Assembly: GCA_002269645.1 (NCBI GenBank)
Contig: NIVC01000806.1
Coordinates: 6,787-70,786, forward strand
Length of the DNA stretch: 64,000 bases
Direction of reading: 5' to 3'
Source of the DNA: Macrostomum lignano
Lineage: Eukaryota
Made by a program: the position numbers and the translations under genes. The notes under the pieces were generated by a model. That model worked only from the letters and a program-made list of their open reading frames with translations. It searched no databases and was not told the DNA's origin. This document shows, one piece after another, positions 55,301 through 64,000 of the stretch (position 1 is its first letter; every line of letters begins with the position of its first letter).

Positions 55301-58300
55301 GAAAAACCAGTCAAGCTGATGAAAAACCAATCAAGCTGATGAAAAGCCAATCAAGCTGATAAAAAGCCAATCAAGCTGATAAAAAGCCAGTCAAGCTGAT
55401 GAAAAGCCAATCAAGCTGATAAAAAGTCTTTCAAGCTGATGAAAAGCCAATCAAGCTGATAAAAAGCCATTCAAGCTGATGAAAAGCCAATCAAGCTGAT
55501 AAAAAGCCAGTCAAGCTGATGAAAAGCCAATCAAGCTGATGAAAAGCCAGTCAAGCTGATGAAAAGCCAATCAAGCTGATGAAAAGCCAATCAAGCTGAT
55601 GAAAACCAGTCAAGCTGATGAAAAACCAGTCAAGCTGATGAAAAACCAGTCAAGCTGATGAAAAACCAGTCAAGCTGATGAAAAACCAGTCAAGCTGATG
55701 AAAAACCAATCAAGCTGATGAAAAACCAGTCAAGCTGATGAAAAACCAGTCAAGCTGATGAAAAACCAGTCAAGCTGATGAAAAACCAGTCAAGCTGATG
55801 AAAAACCAATCAAGCTGATGAAGAGCCAATCAAGCTGATAAAAAGCCAGTCAAGCTGATGAAAAGCCAATCAAGCTGATGAAAAGCCAATCAAGCTGATA
55901 AAAAGCCAATCAAGCTGATAAAAAGCCATTCAAGCTAATAAAAAGTCTTTCAAGCTGATGAAGAGCCAATCAAGCTGATAAAAAGCCATTCAAGCTGATG
56001 AAGAGCCAATCAAGCTGATAAAAAGCCAGTCAAGCTGATGAAAAGCCAATCAAGCTGATAAAAAGCCATCAAGCTGATGAAGAGCCAATCAAGCTGATGA
56101 AAAGCCAATCAAGCTGATGAAGAGCCAATCAAGCTGATAAAAAGCCATTCAAGCTGATGAAGAGCCAATCAAGCTGAAAAAGTCTTTCAAGCTGATGAAG
56201 AGCCAATCAAGCTGATAAAAAGCCATTTCAAGCTGATGAAGAGCCAATCAAGCTGATAAAAAGCCAGTCAAGCTGATGAAAAGCCAATCAAGCTGATAAA
56301 AAGCCAGTCAAGCTGATGAAAAGCCAATCAAGCTGATAAAAAGCCATTCAAGCTGATGAAGAGCCAATCAAGCTGATAAAAAGCCAGTCAAGCTGATGAA
56401 AAACAAGTCAAGCTGATGAAAAACCAGTCAAGCTGATGAAAAACCAGTCAAGCTGATGAAAAACCAGTCAAGCTGATGAAAAACCAGTCAAGCTGATGAA
56501 AAACCAGTCAAGCTGATGAAAAACCAATCAAGCTGATGAAAAACCAGTCAAGCTGATGAAAAACCAGTCAAGCTGATGAAAAACCAATCAAGCTGATGAA
56601 AAACCAGTCAAGCTGATGAAAAGCCAATCAAGCTGATAAAAGCCAATCAAGCTGATGAAAAGCCAATCAAGCTGATAAAAAGCCAATCAAGCTAATAAAA
56701 AGTCTTTCAAGCTGATGAAGAGCCAATCAAGCTGATAAAAAGCCATTCAAGCTGATGAAGAGCCAATCAAGCTGATAAAAAGCCAGTCAAGCTGATGAAA
56801 GCCAATCAAGCTGATAAAAAGCCAATCAAGCTGATGAAGAGCCAATCAAGCTGATGAAAAGCCAATCAAGCTGATGAAGAGCCAATCAAGCTGATAAAAA
56901 GCCATTCAAGCTGATGAAGAGCCAATCAAGCTGATAAAAAGCCATTCAAGCTGATGAAGAGCCAATCAAGCTGATAAAAAGCCATTCAAGCTGATGAAGA
57001 GCCAATCAAGCTGATAAAAAGCCATTCAAGCTGATGAAGAGCCAATCAAGCTGATAAAAAGCCATCAAGCTGATGAAAAGCCAATCAAGCTGATAAAAAG
57101 CCATTCAAGCTGATGAAGAGCCAATCAAGCTGATAAAAAGTCTTTCAAGCTGATGAAGAGCCAATCAAGCTGATAAAAAGCCATTCAAGCTGATGAAGAG
57201 CCAATCAAGCTGATAAAAAGCCTTTCAAGCTGATGAAAGCCAATCAAGCTGATAAAAAGCCATTCAAGCTGATGAAGAGCCAATCAAGCTGATAAAAAGC
57301 CAGTCAAGCTGATGAAAGCCAATCAAGCTGATAAAAGCCAATCAAGCTGATAAAAGCCATCAAGCTAATAAAAAGTCTTTCAAGCTGATGAAGAGCCAAT
57401 CAAGCTGATAAAAAGCCATTCAAGCTGATGAAGAGCCAATCAAGCTGATAAAAAGCCAGTCAAGCTGATGAAAAGCCAATCAAGCTGATAAAAAGCCATC
57501 AAGCTGATGAAGAGCCAATCAAGCTGATAAAAAGCCATTCAAGCTGATGAAGAGCCAATCAAGCTGATAAAAAGTCTTTCAAGCTGATGAAGAGCCAATC
57601 AAGCTGATAAAAAGCCATTCAAGCTGATGAAGAGCCAATCAAGCTGATAAAAAGCCAGTCAAGCTGATGAAAAGCCAATCAAGCTGATAAAAAGCCATTC
57701 AAGCTGATGAAGAGCCAATCAAGCTGATAAAAAGTCTTTCAAGCTGATGAAGAGCCAATCAAGCTGATAAAAAGCCATTCAAGCTGATGAAGAGCCAATC
57801 AAGCTGATAAAAGCCATTCAAGCTGATGAAGAGCCAATCAAGCTGATAAAAAGCCAGTCAAGCTGATGAAAAGCCAATCAAGCTGATAAAAAGCCAGTCA
57901 AGCTGATGAAAAGCCAATCAAGCTGATAAAAAGCCATTCAAGCTGATGAAGAGCCAATCAAGCTGATAAAAAGCCAGTCAAGCTGATGAAAAGCCAATCA
58001 AGCTGATAAAAAGCCAATCAAGCTGATGAAGAGCCAATCAAGCTGATAAAAGCCATCAAGCTGATGAAGAGCCAATCAAGCTGATAAAAAGCCTTTCAAG
58101 CTGATGAAGAGCCAATCAAGCTGATAAAAAGCCATTCAAGCTGATGAAAAGCCAATCAAGCTGATAAAAAGCCAGTCAAGCTGATGAAAAGCCAATCAAG
58201 CTGATAAAAAGCCATTCAAGCTGATGAAGAGCCAATCAAGCTGATAAAAAGTCTTTCAAGCTGATGAAGAGCCAATCAAGCTGATAAAAAGCCATTCAAG

Positions 58301-61300
58301 CTGATGAAGAGCCAATCAAGCTGATAAAAAGCCAGTCAAGCTGATGAAAAGCCAATCAAGCTGATAAAAAGCCATTCAAGCTGATGAAGAGCCAATCAAG
58401 CTGATAAAAAGCCAGTCAAGCTGATGAAAAGCCAATCAAGCTGATAAAAACCAGTCAAGCTGATGAAAAACCAGTCAAGCTGATGAAAACCATCAAGCTG
58501 ATGAAAAACCAGTCAAGCTGATGAAAAACCAGTCAAGCTGATGAAAAAGCCAATCAAGCTGATGAAAACCAGTCAAGCTGATGAAAACCAGTCAAGCTGA
58601 TGAAAAACCAATCAAGCTGATGAAAAACCAGTCAAGCTGATGAAAAGCCAATCAAGCTGATAAAAGCCAATCAAGCTGATGAAAAGCCAATCAAGCTGAT
58701 AAAAAGCCATTCAAGCTGATAAAAAGTCTTTCAAGCTGATGAAGAGCCAATCAAGCTGATAAAAAGCCATTCAAGCTGATGAAGAGCCAATCAAGCTGAT
58801 AAAAAGCCAGTCAAGCTGATGAAAAGCCAATCAAGCTGATAAAAAGCCAATCAAGCTGATGAAGAGCCAATCAAGCTGATAAAAGCCAATCAAGCTGATG
58901 AAGAGCCAATCAAGCTGATAAAAAGTCTTTCAAGCTGATGAAGAGCCAATCAAGCTGATAAAAAGCCATTCAAGCTGATGAAGAGCCAATCAAGCTGATA
59001 AAAAGCCAGTCAAGCTGATGAAAAGCCAATCAAGCTGATAAAAAGCCATTCAAGCTGATGAAGAGCCAATCAAGCTGATGAAAAGCCAATCAAGCTGATG
59101 AAGAGCCAATCAAGCTGATAAAAAGCCATTCAAGCTGATGAAGAGCCAATCAAGCTGATAAAAAGTCTTTCAAGCTGATGAAGAGCCAATCAAGCTGATA
59201 AAAAGCCATTCAAGCTGATGAAGAGCCAATCAAGCTGATAAAAAGTCTTTCAAGCTGATGAAAAGCCAATCAAGCTGATAAAAAGCCATTCAAGCTGATG
59301 AAGAGCCAATCAAGCTGATAAAAAGCCATTCAAGCTGATGAAAAGCCAATCAAGCTGATGAAAAGCCAATCAAGCTGATAAAAAGCCATTCAAGCTAATA
59401 AAAAGTCTTTCAAGCTGATGAAGAGCCAATCAAGCTGATAAAAAGCCATTCAAGCTGATGAAGAGCCAATCAAGCTGATAAAAAGCCAGTCAAGCTGATG
59501 AAAAGCCAATCAAGCTGATAAAAAGCCATTCAAGCTGATGAAGAGCCAATCAAGCTGATAAAAAGCCATTCAAGCTGATGAAGAGCCAATCAAGCTGATA
59601 AAAAGTCTTTCAAGCTGATGAAGAGCCAATCAAGCTGATAAAAAGCCATTCAAGCTGATGAAGAGCCAATCAAGCTGATAAAAAGCCAGTCAAGCTGATG
59701 AAAGCCAATCAAGCTGATAAAAAGCCATTCAAGCTGATGAAGAGCCAATCAAGCTGATAAAAAGTCTTTTAAGCTGATGAAGAGCCAATCAAGCTGATAA
59801 AAAGCCATTCAAGCTGATGAAGAGCCAATCAAGCTGATAAAAAGCCATTCAAGCTGATGAAGAGCCAATCAAGCTGATAAAAAGCCAGTCAAGCTGATGA
59901 AAGCCAATCAAGCTGATAAAAAGCCAGTCAAGCTGATGAAAAGCCAATCAAGCTGATAAAAAGCCATTCAAGCTGATGAAGAGCCAATCAAGCTGATAAA
60001 AAGCCATCAAGCTGATGAAAGCCAATCAAGCTGATAAAAAGCCAATCAAGCTGATGAAGAGCCAATCAAGCTGATAAAAAGCCATCAAGCTGATGAAGAG
60101 CCAATCAAGCTGATAAAAAGCCTTCAAGCTGATGAAGAGCCAATCAAGCTGATAAAAAGCCATTCAAGCTGATGAAAGCCAATCAAGCTGATAAAAAGCC
60201 AGTCAAGCTGATGAAAAGCCAATCAAGCTGATAAAAAGCCATTCAAGCTGATGAAGAGCCAATCAAGCTGATAAAAAGTCTTTCAAGCTGATGAAGAGCC
60301 AATCAAGCTGATAAAAAGCCATTCAAGCTGATGAAGAGCCAATCAAGCTGATAAAAAGCCAGTCAAGCTGATGAAAAGCCAATCAAGCTGATAAAAAGCC
60401 AGTCAAGCTGATGAAAAGCCAATCAAGCTGATAAAAAGCCATTCAAGCTGATGAAGAGCCAATCAAGCTGATAAAAAGCCAGTCAAGCTGATGAAAACCA
60501 TCAGCTGATGAAAAAGCCAGTCAAGCTGATGAAAACCATCAAGCTGATGAAAAACCAGTCAAGCTGATGAAAAACCAGTCAAGCTGATGAAAAACCAGTC
60601 AAGCTGATGAAAAAGCCAATCAAGCTGATGAAAAACCAGTCAAGCTGATGAAAAACCAGTCAAGCTGATGAAAAAGCCAATCAAGCTGATGAAAAACCAA
60701 TCAAGCTGATGAAAAACCATCAAGCTGATGAAAAACCAGTCAAGCTGATGAAAACCAATCAAGCTGATGAAAAACCAGTCAAGCTGATGAAAAACCAGTC
60801 AAGCTGATGAAAAACCAGTCAAGCTGATGAAAAGCCAATCAAGCTGATGAAAAGCCAGTCAAGCTGATGAAAAGCCAATCAAGCTAAAAAAGTCTTTCAA
60901 GCTGATGAAAGCCAATCAAGCTGATAAAAAGCCATTCAAGCTGATAAAAAGCCAATCAAGCTGATAAAAAGCCATTCAAGCTGATGAAAAGCCAATCAAG
61001 CTGATAAAAAGCCATTCAAGCTGATAAAAAGCCAATCAAGCTGATAAAAAGCCATTCAAGCTGATAAAAAGCCAATCAAGCTGATAAAAAGCCAGTCAAG
61101 CTGATGAAAAGCCAATCAAGCTGATAAAAAGCCATTCAAGCTGATGAAGAGCCAATCAAGCTGATAAAAAGCCAGTCAAGCTGATGAAAAGCCAATCAAG
61201 CTGATAAAAAGCCAGTCAAGCTGATGAAAAGCCAATCAAGCTGATAAAAAGCCATTCAAGCTGATGAAGAGCCAATCAAGCTGATAAAAAGCCAGTCAAG

Positions 61301-64000
61301 CTGATGAAAAGCCAATCAAGCTGATAAAAAGTCTTTCAAGCTGATGAAAAGCCAATCAAGCTGATAAAAAGCCATTCAAGCTGATAAAAAGCCAATCAAG
61401 CTGATAAAAAGCCAGTCAAGCTGATGAAAAGCCAATCAAGCTGATAAAAGCCAATCAAGCTGATGAAAAGCCAATCAAGCTGATAAAAAGCCATTCAAGC
61501 TAATAAAAAGTCTTTCAAGCTGATGAAGAGCCAATCAAGCTGATAAAAAGCCATTCAAGCTGATGAAGAGCCAATCAAGCTGATAAAAAGCCAGTCAAGC
61601 TGATGAAAAGCCAATCAATCTGATAAAAAGCCAATCAAGCTGATGAAGAGCCAATCAAGCTGATGAAAAGCCAATCAAGCTGATGAAGAGCCAATCAAGC
61701 TGATAAAAAGTCTTTCAAGCTGATGAAGAGCCAATCAAGCTGATAAAAAGCCATTCAAGCTGATGAAGAGCCAATCAAGCTGATAAAAAGCCAGTCAAGC
61801 TGATGAAAAGCCAATCAAGCTGATAAAAAGCCATTCAAGCTGATGAAGAGCCAATCAAGCTGATAAAAAGTCTTTCAAGCTGATGAAGAGCCAATCAAGC
61901 TGATAAAAAGCCATTCAAGCTGATGAAGAGCCAATCAAGCTGATAAAAAGTCTTTCAAGCTGATGAAGAGCCAATCAAGCTGATAAAAAGCCATTCAAGC
62001 TGATGAAGAGCCAATCAAGCTGATAAAAAGCCAGTCAAGCTGATGAAAGCCAATCAAGCTGATAAAAAGCCAGTCAAGCTGATGAAAGCCAATCAAGCTG
62101 ATAAAAAGCCATTCAAGCTGATGAAGAGCCAATCAAGCTGATAAAAAGCCAGTCAAGCTGATGAAAGCCAATCAAGCTGATAAAAAGCCAGTCAAGCTGA
62201 TGAAAAGCCAATCAAGCTGATAAAAAGCCATTCAAGCTGATGAAGAGCCAATCAAGCTGATAAAAAGCCAGTCAAGCTGATGAAACCAGTCAAGCTGATG
62301 AAAAACCAGTCAAGCTGATGAAAACCAGTCAAGCTGATGAAAAAGCCATCAAGCTGATGAAAAGCCAGTCAAGCTGATGAAAAACCAGTCAAGCTGATGA
62401 AAAACCAATCAAGCTGATGAAAAACCAGTCAAGCTGATGAAAAAGCCAGTCAAGCTGATGAAAAGCCATCAAGCTGATGAAAAACCAGTCAAGCTGATGA
62501 AAAGCCAATCAAGCTGATAAAAGCCAATCAAGCTGATGAAAAGCCAATCAAGCTGATAAAAAGCCATTCAAGCTAATAAAAAGTCTTTCGAGCTGATGAA
62601 GAGCCAATCAAGCTGATAAAAAGCCATTCAAGCTGATGAAGAGCCAATCAAGCTGATAAAAAGCCAGTCAAGCTGATGAAAAGCCAATCAAGCTGATGAA
62701 AAGCCAATCAAGCTGATGAAGAGCCAATCAAGCTGATGAAAAGCCAATCAAGCTGATGAAGAGCCAATCAAGCTGATAAAAAGTCTTTCAAGCTGAGGAA
62801 GAGCCAATCAAGCTGATAAAAAGCCATTCAAGCTGATGAAGAGCCAATCAAGCTGATAAAAAGCCAGTCAAGCTGATGAAAAGCCAATCAAGCTGATAAA
62901 AAGCCATTCAAGCTGATGAAGAGCCAATCAAGCTGATAAAAAGTCTTTCAAGCTGATGAAGAGCCAATCAAGCTGATAAAAAGCCATTCAAGCTGATGAA
63001 GAGCCAATCAAGCTGATAAAAAGTCTTTCAAGCTGATGAAGAGCCAATCAAGCTGATAAAAAGCCATTCAAGCTGATGAAGAGCCAATCAAGCTGATAAA
63101 AAGTCTTTCAAGCTGATGAAAAGCCAATCAAGCTGATAAAAAGCCATTCAAGCTGATGAAGAGCCAATCAAGCTGATAAAAAGCCAGTCAAGCTGATGAA
63201 AAGCCAATCAAGCTGATGAAAAGCCAATCAAGCTGATAAAAAGCCATTCAAGCTAATAAAAAGTCTTTCAAGCTGATGAAGAGCCAATCAAGCTGATAAA
63301 AAGCCATTCAAGCTGATGAAGAGCCAATCAAGCTGATAAAAAGCCAGTCAAGCTGATGAAAGCCAATCAAGCTGATAAAAAGCCATTCAAGCTGATGAAG
63401 AGCCAATCAAGCTGATAAAAAGCTATTCAAGCTGATGAAAAGCCAATCAAGCTGATAAAAAGTCTTTCAAGCTGATGAAGAGCCAATCAAGCTGATAAAA
63501 AGCCATTCAAGCTGATGAAGAGCCAATCAAGCTGATAAAAAGCCAGTCAAGCTGATGAAAAGCCAATCAAGCTGATAAAAAGCCATTCAAGCTGATGAAG
63601 AGCCAATCAAGCTGATAAAAAGTCTTTTAAGCTGATGAAGAGCCAATCAAGCTGATAAAAAGCCATTCAAGCTGATGAAGAGCCAATCAAGCTGATAAAA
63701 GTCTTTCAAGCTGATGAAGAGCCAATCAAGCTGATAAAAAGCCATTCAAGCTGATGAAGAGCCAATCAAGCTGATAAAAAGCCAGTCAAGCTGATGAAAA
63801 GCCAATCAAGCTGATAAAAAGCCAGTCAAGCTGATGAAAGCCAATCAATCTGATAAAAAGCCATTCAAGCTGATGAAGAGCAATCAAGCTGATAAAAGCA
63901 GTCAAGCTGATGAAAGTCAATCAAGCTGATGAAAAAGCCAGTCAAGCTGATGAAAAGCAATATCAAGCTGATAAAAAGCCAATCAAGCTGATAAAAGCCA
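49381..64000. repeat. Large 20-bp satellite array (tcaagctgatgaaaaaccag and variants), at least 14.6 kb, running off the window
   Basis: About 730 monomers with an invariant tcaagctgat core and a few variant halves (gaaaaaccag, gaagagccaa, aaaaagccat, aaaaagtctt). Confidence 0.99.

Overview
Eukaryotic (animal, probably invertebrate) genomic DNA. Repeat-filled introns and overall style resemble the flatworm Macrostomum, but that is inference and cannot be verified here. Five conserved, intron-containing genes lie head-to-tail on the + strand: ceramide synthase (12411-14090), ABHD12-like lipase (17850-24296), alpha-L-fucosidase (25733-30308), ZSWIM7/SWS1 (31639-32064) and uroporphyrinogen-III synthase (37695-40982). 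They are followed by a two-exon minus-strand neuropeptide precursor (41918-42594) and a putative tandem WSC-domain gene with 12-nt microexons (46665-49180). Mobile DNA comprises a decayed THAP/P-element transposase (1-866), a young RT-less Gypsy derivative (1611-8318) whose 3' LTR is split by a 4.3-kb retroposed composite with a 21-bp TSD, a young full-length Gypsy (32710-37093, identical LTRs), an RTE-type LINE fragment, SINE heads and MITE-like pieces. Every long intron carries its own private minisatellite, and the last 14.6 kb is a 20-bp satellite with a ~2.28-kb higher-order repeat. The most striking observations are: about 37 perfect CLEAR motifs (GTCACGTGAC) in an intron of the lysosomal fucosidase gene; a cyclic neuropeptide with elevenin-like and somatostatin/allatostatin-C-like features; a WSC cassette whose introns are more conserved than its exons; and the nested retroelement. 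All exon structures and identities were derived by eye, without database searches.
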